A stretch of DNA of 56,440 nt, counting the filler, from Sphacelaria rigidula (Eukaryota), in assembly GCA_964200075.2 (NCBI GenBank). It is 7 parts of 7 records of this genome, joined end to end, with 100 filler letters (N's around TTAATTAATTAA, not from the genome) between each part and the next. Parts side by side here need not be neighbours in the genome. Positions count along the whole stretch, not along the records: positions 32,310 to 40,286 come from CAXNAA020012769.1; positions 40,387 to 48,363 come from CAXNAA020012770.1; 5 more parts are not named here. One strand, given 5' to 3'. The notes under the pieces were generated by a model that did not search any database, was not told the DNA's origin, and worked only from the letters and a program-made list of their open reading frames with translations. Positions 36,228 to 48,363 of this stretch are shown one piece after another. Positions within the stretch are counted from its first letter, which is position 1. Every line of letters begins with the position of its first letter. The position numbers were made by a program, and so were the translations under genes.

Positions 36228-39200
36228 TCACATCACGCGGACGTAGTTGGACGGGAATAAAGCCTTTGTTCCTCCCTTTTCTCCAGTCCACCAGCCGCTG
36301 GGGTCCTGGGTCACCACCGTCAGCACCTGTTCCGAAAAAATATATGGTGTGATAATCCTTCATTAATCACATTGTTGATTTTACGCGTTCGACGGGAAAA
36401 TACAGCGTATCTTCATCTCCAAGATACAAAAAGGTCGATTCATCAATCGGCGCTCTACACTACACAGAGAAGGTCACACACCCGCGTTCAAAACATGGTC
36501 AAATGACAAAATTGCTGGGGGAAGAACAAAAAACGCTCAGTAAACGCTCGAGGCAGAGCATTTGAAGCTATACAACTCATTCCAGCAGCTCCACCGCACC
36601 GAAGAGAGCGTGGAAGCCACCAAGACCATTCACTCGGCTCGCAGCTACTTTCGTGAGCGCGGCGGGCACCATATACGTACATACGGAGCAAAACTCGCAC
36701 AAAATCAAAGTTCCAAATGCACCCCAGCTCAAACGAAGCAGAAGCAAATAAAGAAGCACCTCACCTCGCCCTCCACAAGCGAAAGCTCCGTGTTGTCAGA
36801 CGCGGTGTAATTGTAAAGCACCTTAGCTCGCACTTCTTCAGGTGCTTTCTGCGTACACAAGGTCGGGGAGGGGAGCGGGGGGCGGGGGAGGTGAGTTGTA
36901 TCGACCACATGGATGTACTCATGATCATGCATGCCATAGTCATAAGACCATTGACCACATTGGACAGGTATTTGGCATACTGGCGACATGATGCTCGCGC
37001 TGAAGGTTGTACTCATGACACCTCGAGCCGTATTCGATCGACCTCACCTCGCATCCTTCCCACGTAGGTCCGGAGCGATGCGCCGTTTTTTTCTTCTGCC
37101 AGCCCAGCAGTTGAATTTTCACAAATTGATCTAGATACATTTCTTCATTTCTCTGAACTTAAATTATTCCGGACAAAGTAAGCCATTTCCCACAAGATAA
37201 ACGTACCCAAGGTTGAAAAAACGCAAACATTTTGTGAAGAAAACCCGCAAAAAAGGGACGAAAACAAAGATGGTGAATAAAATTCACAAAAAACTAACGA
37301 GAGACCAACCCCAAAGTGAGGACGACACTACGCGAACTCCCAACTGGCCCCAGGGAGGGCTCAAGATAGGAGGCCGTACACCGACGGCAAACAGTAATCT
37401 CGAGGGGAAGTTGCCGCCTCTTCCATGGGCTACGCACGGCTGCAAATGTCTTATCACCAGCCGCGTGCTGCCTGCTGCCCTTCCTTTTCCTTTTTTTCAC
37501 ACACTTTGAACCCCTGGCCTTCCTCGGGACGAGTCCGTGGTCTCTAGGAATCAGTCCATCTCTTTCCGGTACTCATCTTCATCAATATCTCCTCCCGAAG
37601 CGCTCCCACAAAACACACACACACACACACACACAGAACATCCTAGCATCCCGGCCCTTTTGCCTCGGCAAACCAGGTCCTCCAAGGGTCAGTACACATA
37701 AACATGTTTCACAACGAACACACACGCTTTTTTCGTGTGTAAACAAAGCACTCAGACTCCATTCATCGAAATTCCTCCACGTGAGTGCAAAACATACTTC
37801 GGGGCGATAAACCCTCCTCATTTCTTCATCTCTCTCGCCACCTAAAAGCCCTCTTCCATGCTTTACATACGAACTGCAGGGCCGTTAACTCACCGCCCCC
37901 TGCAACCCCACACCCCCCGGTTTAGAATCCGCTCTTGCGTGCTTGTCCCACCAGCTACCCCCGCTTACGGAGGGAGTCTTGGACGAGCTCAACCCGCCGC
38001 CGCCTCCCCCCGGCGTGCCCGTTCCTCCCGTCAACCACGGAGCGGACGAGGAAGGTTTATACGCCGATGATGGTTTTCGGTCGGGTGAGTCATCCCTGGA
38101 GATGTCGCGCGACAGATCGCGCATTGATGAGCCAAGGGCGCCCATGTCGGACAGGCTGGATCCAATTTTGGCCGGTGTGCAGTGTAGAGTGGATGAGATG
38201 GCGGGTCGGGTAAGGTCGAGCGTATACGGAGCGTTGGGGAGACAAGGATACGGACGACGCGGGGGGTGAGGGAACGGAGGAGACGGGGGACGGAGGACGG
38301 GGTGGCATGCACATTAGCGTACTGGCATGTACAACTCAAAAGCTGAATGCAGGTGTAGGTACGTGTGAGAGAAACGCGTCGACGTGCGAGTGAGATTTGT
38401 GTGTTCGAATATTGATGCCTAGACGGAAACCTTTGTACAGACCTATACAGCTTACCCCTTTCGGAACCCACTGACGATTTTTGTTTTCGTGTATCGGCAT
38501 CATTTTGACTCGAAAATGACTGAAAATGGTGCCGTTTCGTAAGAATAAAAATCGCCAATGAGTTTCAAAAGGGTTAAACAAACATACTGAACGAGGAGTA
38601 TTTGTGAGTGTGTACGCGTGTGTGTATGTGTGTGATGCGTTATTGTTCAACGTCCAAGTCCCTGCCCTTCGATTCGAACCCTTGCCGTACGTGTGCCATG
38701 AATCGTATAATCGTAAAACCAGGCTCTTCTCTTTGTAAACACCACACCTTATACTCGCACGTGATAGAAAAACAAGTGTATTCTATGCACACACCAAACA
38801 TCTCCAGGTAAACTATTTTTTAAAATGAAAACACACTATTAGAGTTCCTCATTTCACACGAACTACACAGCACGTGCACCGCACTCAAGTCAACCGAAAC
38901 CCTAGCAAGCAACTGCCACAAAACAGCACGTAACCCAGCTGCAATACACACAACAAAACAACCTCACCTGCCCTCGCTGGCTGGCAGCGTGAACGGGGTG
39001 TTCATCCCGTCCTTTCCTGCCGCCTCCACCTCGGCCGCGACTTGCTTCGGGTCACGAGCCGTCATCACCTTCACCTGCGCATCATGGGTGGGGTTGTGCA
39101 TAAAACCCCAGAGTGTTCATTCATGCGGGAGAGCAGGAGGAGAAAGATGGATAAGGTGTAAGAGGGAGTCGCGTCCTGTCCGAGGTGGCCGCGTGGAATG

Positions 39201-39626
39201 CGGGCAACAAAATGCGAAGCGTGCAACAAAGAACAGTCACAGCAGCAAAACACCGTAGCATGCGGGCGCCCCTCGGTCCACGATACAAGAGGGTGAGGTA
39301 ACACATAGGGAGACGTGACAAAAACAAAAACGCGTGAAGGAAGGAAGGAGGAAGGAAGGAAAAATAGTATAGACGAGTCATTCGCATGTCGGCATGAAAA
39401 AAAAACGCACCGCGCTCAGCGCAGCGGCAAAGAATTCTTGCTGCGCCTTCTTGAACATCTCGATCTCCGGCTGACACAGGGTTCCCCCGACCGCGTCGTA
39501 GTACCCGAAGCCCTTGTACAGGCGACCCGTTGCCTCCTGCAGCCGCTGCCGCGCCGCATTAAGCTTTGCCTCGTTGTTGGACAACTTGGCAGGATCCGAC
39601 CCCGGCCTCTCCTTGAGATCTCGCAC
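36228..39626 (-). CDS. BAR-domain plus C-terminal SH3 protein (endophilin/amphiphysin/SH3P-like), last five exons
   Basis: Exons 39411-39626, 38968-39074, 37894-38155, 36765-36848 and 36228-36326 are all GT-AG and phase-compatible. BAR-like helix: VRDLKERPGSDPAKLSNNEAKL..FKKAQQEFF. SH3: AKVLYNYTASDNTELSLVEGE|VLTVVTQDPSGWWTGEKGGTKALFPSNYV. Confidence 0.9.
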
Positions 39627-40286
39627 CTGATATCCACAGCGGGGCACGGAATAATGAACGTAGAAACTGACTGAGGAAGGGTGAAACTCGCGCACAATAG
39701 ACGGCCTGCAAAAACATCGATCGTCCACGTTCTTTGGCTTGTGAAGAGATCGCAAAAGACACGAAGGGGGGCTGATTTACAAGGTCTAGAGACTGTGCAC
39801 AGTTGCCGCGGCTCAAGTTTGGTGCGACCGGGTGCGCGCGGTGTGTCACTTGAGCCGAGGTTCTGCAGCTGGTCCAATGTCTGCTGCTCGAACTACACCC
39901 ACACTGCTGCTAACCATTAGGTCGGAGGAAACCCAAAACAAGCGGACAAGTGTTCTTTCTTGTCTCAGCGAAAAAGTCTCAGGTGACCGCGAGTAGCTTT
40001 TTCATCAACCGTGGAACCTACAGTACCGCACGACTATTATAGCAGGAAATAGCGAACACGCCCCTGCAGATACCGCCATCAACGGAACATTTTCTGCAGC
40101 GTGGTTCATCAATCTCAACAGATGAATGAGTGCTCGACTGTGAAAGCTGTGCGGATCTCCGACCCACTCGAAGTTGTAGTTCGAAACGCGAAACTAGAAC
40201 GTGGAGAAAAAAAAAAAAAAAAACACGTATCATCCATCCTTCCCCCCGCCCGGAAAAACACAAAAGAGAGAAACGGCGGCGCGGCG

Positions 40287-40386
40287 NNNNNNNNNNNNNN
40301 NNNNNNNNNNNNNNNNNNNNNNNNNNNNNNTTAATTAATTAANNNNNNNNNNNNNNNNNNNNNNNNNNNNNNNNNNNNNNNNNNNN
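40287..40386. other. Artificial scaffold linker
   Basis: N run containing TTAATTAATTAA. Confidence 0.97.
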
Positions 40387-40699
40387 TTTGACGTTTCTCC
40401 CTTCCAACAGCCGCAGTCCCCCCCCCCCCCCCCCAAGAAAAATAACAATAATAATGTCAGCACCTGCTTCGAGTTCCGCCAGCGCACAGTCGCTGCGCGT
40501 GCTTTTTTGCCTACACCACCACTTGCGCTCCCGCGCTATTTACCACACAGTGCGTTCACTCCCGACTGGAGGAGAACCGTCACCCCACGCACACAACACC
40601 GCACCAAACGCTTCCCCACGCATCTCTTTCATCTCCCCGACAGTTGTAAAAGTCGGCGGTCATCATTCTCGCGAGATTGGGCAGGGTCTACGACCATCG

Positions 40700-43600
40700 T
40701 CATTCGGCTAGGGTGAAGACGTTGCGTTCAGGGGTGCCGGCATGGCAGAAGCTGGGGTGTCGTGTGAGTGTTCGCCTGACGCCGGCCCTCCACGCGGGGG
40801 TTCGGCGAACGCTCGAGTCGCTTTTCCAGTCAAGCCGATCGTGGAAATTTTCCTGCAGGGGGCAAAATGGTGCGGCCACACGCCATGAGTGCCAGGTCAT
40901 TCCCATCTTCATCACGCCCACACACGTGTCGGGATAGATACCGTCTCCCTTCCTCCGCATGGGTTCGGGAACGTTCCTCGAAAGCAGATACCCATCACCT
41001 CGACTGATTATCCACATATAACGGAATATCATCATCCTCCGGGGGGAGGGTCGACCTACAACCCGTCCCGGCTGCCACACTATCAACTATTTTACGGCAC
41101 CCGTTTCACCGTGGCGCATGACCGTCGCTTACCACCATTGATTGCCCCACGCTCAAAAGGGTTGTCAGCGTTGATAGTTCAGAATCAAGCATCAAACCGT
41201 GCGAATACCAAATGACACGGTGGGGGTGGGAAGTAGGATATCGAGAGAGAACTAGCCTGATTTTACGATAGGGTGGGGGTTCACGAGCGTACGCAACCTC
41301 ACACTCCAGTATTGGGACTCTTGTATAGGTGCAGACGATGTCTAGTATTTTGAAAAAAGTAACTTGATACGGATGAAAGAGCGTTCACATGGATACTCAT
41401 TTTATGATGCGGTCGTCCTGACTGCGGGTACCGCGTTGAGCTACGGACGCCTGCAACACGCACCTCGATGTAGGAGTAGACCATGGGAATAGTCCCCTGC
41501 CGGTGGGGAAGCTTGAGTAGAGCTGCACGGATCATATAGACATACTCATCTTCTCCGTCTTCTTCATCTGCCACCATTAACGCCGCGGGTGCATTTCGGA
41601 AGGGAACCGAATTTCGAGTGATGGTCAAATTTCGGGGATACCAAGTGTATTTTTGGAGGATAGTGCTATCGTAAGTCGGTCTTGTTGCAAGGTAAACATT
41701 TTCAACGGTTCGATTCGGAAGGCAACGGAATTACCCAACGACTTTTCTTGAAGAAATCGTTGTCGGGACGCCATCATTCCAACAAAACAAAACAAACATC
41801 CATGTCGACTCTTCGGTTCTCCAACACGACATGACCATGTATTTCGCGTTCGCAGAGCACACTTGACACACGGTGCCTTGATTGAGCACATGAGGTTGGT
41901 GAGTTGCGAAGCTCGCCCGATATACAAGCATAGCTAACAACGAGTGACACATCAACCGCCAAAAGTATGCATACCGTATCCCAGTCTCAAGATCATGATA
42001 TTACTCACACACGAATGCGCGCGCGTAAGCTTGAAATGAACATGAAGCTCACCCATTGCATCTCCAAAATCTTCGTCCCTCGGATCATTCTCGCCTCTAC
42101 TCGCCCCCCTGCTGCCAGCGCCTCCCGCCGCCCTGCTCCCTGTCCCCGCATCCGGCGCCAGAGACTCCTCCCCCGCATCCCCTTCTTCCGCTTCTGGTTT
42201 GGCCTCGCCTGCTTCCTCGTCATAGCCATCGGGCACGAGCACGACATACCGTGCAGGCATGGGTCTAGCGGGCGTTCGCCCGGTGGCATCTTCGTCGTCC
42301 TTAAATTTAATTTCGATGCGTTTTTCCGCTGTGGCGGCCACCTTGGGCACCTGGAGGAGCGAGGCGGATCATGACACACGAGCAAAATAATTAGAGATGT
42401 AATACACCAACGAGGAAATGATAGAACGGGGACACGTTCGGCGCACGACACGCACGACTCAAAAAGAGTGCGACACGTGAAACCACAGCGAGAAGTGACG
42501 AGTGGCGGATGACACAATACGCACGACATTTGGATTACGGAAAAAACATCGGTTTTTGGTGCACAGGGCAACACGCACACAAGTATGACGAGTTAGAAAT
42601 TCATCTTGTCAGCAAGACTTTCGATTGCTAGATCATGACGATAGCACGGGTGTAATTATACCGAAGGGGCAGTCATCGATGGCCTTTCACACTCCAGAAG
42701 ACAACCAAAGAGAGAAACACCGCCTCATCACCATGATTTCTGCCATACAAGGGACACCAATCGGAATCTATATGTATGAAGCCTCACCCTGTGCACGGTG
42801 CCCAGGTAGAAGCTGGTCGTATCCGGGAAAACGGCCAGCACTCGGTCACCCTTTCCAAGCCCCTTGGTTGTATCTTCCAGTCGGATCACCGAAGACCGAG
42901 GAGCTGTTAGCCCGCCCAAGCCTTCCTTGTCATCATCATCCCTCAACTGGAGAATGACCAGAAGCAAGGGACAAACGGACGGGCACGTCACGTCAGTCAG
43001 CAGTCGAGGAAGCACTCGGCAATGCGCGTGGCATCGCGGGTAGCCGGAAGGAAAGAGTATAGCTCCGCTTGAGCAGGCTGGCCTTTTCGAGGGTGAACAA
43101 ACTCGACAGGGCAACCGATCGGCACAAGAGGAACAAACAAAACGCGGAAAAATGAAGTACTGGACCGCCAGCAACACAGATGGGGGCGTACCTCATACTG
43201 GTGCGTCTCTGGGGTGTACTTGATGACTCTTGCCAAGATCCAGTTACCGGGATCGCCTCGGTCATCCTTCACGGCAACCTGCTCCCCGTTCTTGGCTGTC
43301 CATGCGGGAGAATGAAGTAAAAATGACTGTCAGCAAGCACGACTTACTGATCCATGATGTCCCATTCAAAGATACACTCGACAATTCAGCGGTGGCCGCT
43401 GGAGAAACTTCAACAGGGTTAGAGAATGGTGAGGGATAATACGCCCCGGAAACCAACGCGAACATACGCGACACCACCTGTTGTAACAGATAAGCTGGAA
43501 AACGACCCCCATATAACTGCTCAGACTACACAAGAGACATCGAATACCTCGGGCACGATGCAAGGTGCATCGCGCTCAACAAATCATGCGCCCCGAGGAA

Positions 43601-46600
43601 GTATGACGCAAGCATCAACTCCTCCCTTAGCGAGATATTCCTCATCACATGTCCCCCGGAGAGATATCCACACAACACAACGTTTTTAATGCCTTTCCTC
43701 TTCCCTCCTTGCCGTCCTCACCTCGCCAACCTCCACCCCCCTTCCTCTTCTTCCCAGGGGGAGACTTCACCGACGCATCTCCAGCGCCGCCACCACCTGC
43801 TCCCGAACCACCACTACCGCTACCTCCAGCCCCACCGCTTCTGTCCTGCTTCTGCTTTCGAGACTTGCTCTCCTCCCCCCCATCGCCACCACTCCCTCCT
43901 CTGCTTGAGGCAGTCCCTCGATCTGTAATGGCGGCGCCTCCGCCGTGTGTAGGGGCGTTTGTCGCGCTTGACCCACTAGATGATGGACCTCTACTGCTAT
44001 TGCTGCCACTACTGTTGAATCTCGACCTGCCCACTGGTGACTTCTTGCTCGACGCCTACGTAAGGTTGTGTTCGCATGTATGAGATGCACGCGGGGGAGA
44101 GGCGACGGGGGAGGATCGAAAGGTTTGTGGTGCGTAGCACACATATTATCGCCGCCGACGCCTACTGTACTGCCAGCAACAATAATATAGTTCATTTGGG
44201 GATAATGACGAACGCTACATTTGTCCCAGGTGAAATACGCTGAGCCAACGCTGCCACGCCAGCGAGGGCGTGTAGGGCCAGTGCTCTGGTCGGTGGCAGC
44301 GCTATAATTGCGACCCACCGCGCTCGAGGAAAAACAGCGCTTCCAGGCCATCACAAGCAGTGTGATGTATCTCGCTCGAGTGACCCGCCACGACATTGGA
44401 TACGGCGTGAATCAACTGGCGCGGGCGATGTCCAAACCGTCGAAGGCGCATGTGGCAGCTGCAAAACTCTCACTCCGATATTTGGCCGACATTACGGACC
44501 ATGATGCCTGACGCAGGTAAAATACGCTGAGCCAACGCTGCCACGCCAGCGAGGGCGTGGAGGGCCAGTGCTCTGGTCGGTGGCAGCGCTATAGTTGCGA
44601 CCCACCGCGCTCATTACGAGAATCCGGTCGACCGGTGCATGACGCGGGTAAAATACGCTGAGCCAACGCTGCCACGCCAGCGAGGGCGTGGAGGGCTAGT
44701 GCTCTGGTCGGTGGCAGCGCTGTGGTTGCGACCCACCGAGCTCATTACAAGAATCCAGTCGACCGGTACCTGACGCAGATGCCATCTCTCAGCGGGAACT
44801 TTTGGCAGCAATGATGTCGCGCCGCTGACTGGGGTTGAACAAAAATGCGCCAGCTTCCACCCGCCAACACGGCGCCGGGTGCGGTAGCACACACGTCGGC
44901 GGTAACTATACGGACAGCTGAGGACGAGAAGCACTCTAGCAACGCCCGTCAGCGCCGCGTAGTCGGCACCAATACTGTCACGAACAAGCCTGTCAGCTCT
45001 CAGAAATTACGAGCTGGGCCAGCCTAGAGGCGGATTTAAAGTTTGCAGGTCCATGCTCTTCTTCTTACATTCAGAGTTGGACCCTGAAATTTGGTATGGA
45101 CGATGCATAGGGCATGAAAAAAAAATTACAGCGGCACCAAAAGCTTCAAAATATTTTTTCATGAGTTGAAGGCATGTTACTGATACCTGAAAAGTGATTA
45201 TTGCCCTCAACTCAAGAAAAAATAAAAAAAAAACTTTTGGTGCCAATGTAAATTTTTTTCATGCCCTATGCATTGTCCATACCAAATTTCAGGGTCCAAC
45301 TCTAAATATTGGCGGGAGCATGGGTCTAACAAAAACCGGGTCGGTAGAAATTCGGAACAGTATTTCACAGGCCACTCACCGGCCCATGTTTGGTTTTCGT
45401 GTATTGAAATTTGATGTCGGCGCTCTTTAAGGCATAATTAACGAAACAAAGTGGGTCAGGTTAATTTTTTTTGTATCTTCATCACTGGTATAGGGCGTTC
45501 TACCATGGTAACTACTTCTTCACGAGAAAGCCATAACCTCTTTGAAAATAAAAAAATGAAGGTCCATTTTTTTTTCGGCACTCTTTTGTGGTTCTCCACA
45601 CCAAAATTCGTCGCCATCCGCCAAATGCATCGATCGGGAGTTTCATAGAGATTTTAGTATTGGCTTTATCTCCCTTAGGTATAGGAATTACGAGACATGG
45701 GGTTTAATTAACGAGAAAATATGGGCCCAAACTTTCGAGCAGATGGGCACCTTCCCGTTGATAAGATGATTAATACGATATGAGGATCACGGCCCAACTC
45801 GTCTGTGTCGATGAGATATTGCTTTGAGAGCTTAAATCCGTTTTTAGGCTGGCCCAGCTTGTATGAAGTATCTTTTAATATGAGACGTCTTGAGTCGTCA
45901 CCATGACACCCCCGTCCGCCAGGCCGCTAACGGTACCGCTACCGAGGACATACTAGCGTGTCACCAACCCGCGCACTTGGTGCCTGAACCCCCCTCCGTC
46001 CAGGCCAAGAATACCTTCAGGGAACATCGGTCGGTCCGATTGGGACCAACAAGCAGCCTCTTGACCTGGAGTGCACCTCCCTCAAGCTCGGTCTCGGACA
46101 CTTCCAACCCACACAACACAGTTTTCTTGGCCATGTTCATCCGGAACAAAACACAAAATAATGATTCAGTACCGGTCATGTCACAGACCTTCTCGGAATT
46201 CGACATTGATCCTCAACGACGTCTGGCAAAATGCAACACACGCACACACACACACTACCCCCAGACTTCATTTGGAGTTTAAACAAGAACGAGCGGAAGT
46301 ATCTCACCTTCGACGGCATTGTGTCTCCTCCGTGGCTCTCCGTCTCCCACGACGGCGACATCTGAGGCGCAGCCCTGTCTCTACTGTTGCTGGTCCCGTA
46401 ATCATAATCGTGGGGTTCGTACCTACCGTTGCTTCCTCCTCGCCCCCCATCTCCTCTCCTACCCCCCCCGTCACCCATCATCCCCTTAATCATGCCGCCG
46501 CCCCTCCTCGAGTACCCATCCATTCTCCCGCCATCGTCGTAGCCCTGCATCATCCTCGGGTGATCGGGGACGTCAAGTGGCGCTTGGAAATGACCGCCCG

Positions 46601-48062
46601 CGCTTCCAACCAAGTCGCCGCGCGCCTCACCACCTCCCCCGCCGCCGTCGCCGTCTACGGGACTGCTACTCACGCCCGTTACGGGACCCGCATCGCTTGA
46701 GATGACCGTCGGCAGGCCGTGTCTTCCTCGTTCTTTGTCTCCCGAATTGCCGAGGGCCGCGAGTGCGAGATCAATTGCAGGGCGGTAAGGTCGCTCGGGA
46801 TCTACGACTTTCTGGAGGAATGATGTCATCACTCCCTCCTCGTCCACCGAGGGTGCTTCCTGTATTTGGATGGGGGGGGGGGGGGGGGGGGGGGTGTATA
46901 CCCCATGGCACGTTGTTGGGTAAGAGCGGTTTGTGGAGATGACAACAGATACCTGTTTTTTTCTGGACTCGTTTCTTGTTCTTGTTCAATGGCCAAAACC
47001 GCCTGTTGACTGGGACAACAGATATACGCAAGCGAGGTGGTCATGTACAATAGTGGCATATTTTGGCAGGAAAAAACTTCTGTAATATGCCGGCCGCCCC
47101 GGTGGCTCAGTTGGAAACCTCGAAACCTGCTGAGGGTGGGGTGATGGGTTCGAATCTCGATGCAGTCACACGATCTGGGAGTTTTGTTCGCACCATGCCC
47201 AACAGTGGAGAGCGATAATGTCATGGGTACAAAAGGAAAACTGAAAAAAAAACGTGTCTCGGCCTTCCTCCTGTGAAACCCCGGCTGATGCGCGCACATA
47301 TACCGAAAGGCGTAGACTGGCGTCCAGAATAGATGGGATGACAAATCACAAAATATTGTCCACCTTCGCAACCAGGATTCACTTTACACTTTCCCTACAG
47401 TAGTAACCAGAGGTCGTTCAAGCAGACAGCAGCCATCTCTAACTTGCCATCATTTGTGGCCACTACTGCTTCATCGAACGGATTTGGCACATAATACAAT
47501 CGCACTTCCCGCAGTGCCCTACCATAGCGCCATCGCCATGCGGAAAAAAAAGGGGGGCAACGGGGTAGGACAACTGAATAAACTGCGGCTCCTTTTGACC
47601 TGCGGCCGGATGGCTGAAACGTTCCAGAGTGACTGAATCGAGATAGATTTGCTCATACAGTCAATCGTAAAATACTGAGGATAAAAGACAAGTTCACAAC
47701 GGTTGGGAGGCGCGGGGAGACGTGCTACGGGCACACAAACATGTGTCACGTACCCTGTGGGCGAACAAAAACATAAGATGGACGTACAATGACATGATCT
47801 CTGGAGGTGCCAACATGCTTCATTTATCAAGTGCGGGCAGACAAAATCTCCGCAAAAAAACTAAGAATGCCAGTGCACCGTGCTGTGTTGTCATCCGAAT
47901 ACTTTCGACGTTAAAGCTCGAGACAGATCTGCAACACACGATGTACTCCGGATTCAGGATTACCTGGAAGTGACGGGCAGCCGCCACCGCCAGCTCGGAC
48001 TGCGTGCAGTCGGGACGGACATTGATGCCGTGGAGCTTGCAATATCTTTGAAGAGTGCGGTA
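40700..48062 (-). CDS. SGF29: Chromatin protein: SAP30 Sin3-binding domain + SGF29-type tandem Tudor + C-terminal forkhead-like winged helix (at least 600 aa; 5' end possibly missing)
   Basis: Eight GT-AG exons (47964-48062, 46308-46859, 43722-44055, 43192-43295, 42788-42946, 42053-42350, 41464-41567, 40700-40852) total 1803 nt in one open frame. SAP30-like: YRTLQRYCKLHGINVRPDCTQSELAVAAARHFQ|EAPSVDEEGVMTSF. Tudor: GEQVAVK..NWILARVIKY..HQYE|LRDDD..VLAVFPDTTSFY..IKFKDDED..RYVV. Confidence 0.88.
44233..44775. repeat. Three copies of a ~131-bp structured repeat, the first interrupted by a Copia fragment
   Basis: aaatacgctgagccaacgctgccacgccagcgagggcgtg.agggc.agtgctctggtcggtggcagcgct..ttgcgacccaccg.gctc at 44233, 44520 and 44651. 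Confidence 0.9.
44325..44500 (+). mobile_element. Ty1/Copia reverse transcriptase fragment
   Basis: EEKQRFQAITSSVMYLARVTRHDIGYGVNQLARAMSKPSKAHVAAAKLSLRYLA is a clear Copia RT C-terminal motif. Confidence 0.9.
45010..45861. mobile_element. TA-TSD family element (internally deleted, ~850 bp), intronic
   Basis: TA|CGAGCTGGGCCAGCCTAGAGGCGGATTTAA ... TTAAATCCGTTTTTAGGCTGGCCCAGCTTG|TA. Confidence 0.85.
47092..47350 (+). mobile_element. tRNA-derived SINE (intronic)
   Basis: Pol III A box TGGCTCAGTTGG (47103-47114) and B box GGTTCGAATC (47147-47156). The 3' tail is shared with the repeats at 6160 and 10090. Confidence 0.7.
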
Positions 48063-48363
48063 CTGCATTCGAATTCACGTACGTAAAAAGCATAGTGGAG
48101 ACGAGGTAGGGGACACGTTAGAGCTTGCGTCACAAGACATTCGCGAAAGTGCACAAAGGAAGTCTGGAGTGGGTCGCACTTCACAGCCACCGGCTGAGAG
48201 CAACAATTGCACCTTGAAGTCATTTCTTCACAAACTTAGAACGTCCATGTCATATTTGTGATGTTGGATTCATGTTGGGATGAGGGGAGGGGGGGGGGGG
48301 GGGGCTTGGCCGCCCACCGTTATTAGATGGAGTGGGGGATCGTGCCCGCGGCATCCGATCGGA

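Noticed and set aside
39805-39895. Candidate upstream exon of the BAR-SH3 gene (FEQQTLDQLQNLG)
   Set aside because: It has no convincing phase-0 donor, lacks the expected BAR motif, and overlaps a small inverted repeat (cggctcaagt/acttgagccg).
44233-44775. CRISPR-like array (repeat with a retroelement-derived spacer)
   Set aside because: The repeats are ~90-130 nt, the last two spacers are near-identical, there is no cas gene, and the locus is a eukaryotic intron. Kept only as a structured repeat.
47280-47345. Hammerhead ribozyme in the SINE tail (CTGATG..CGAAA..GTC)
   Set aside because: The core is CTGATGC/CTGGTGC rather than CUGANGA, stem II does not form, and the A15.1-U16.1 pair is missing.
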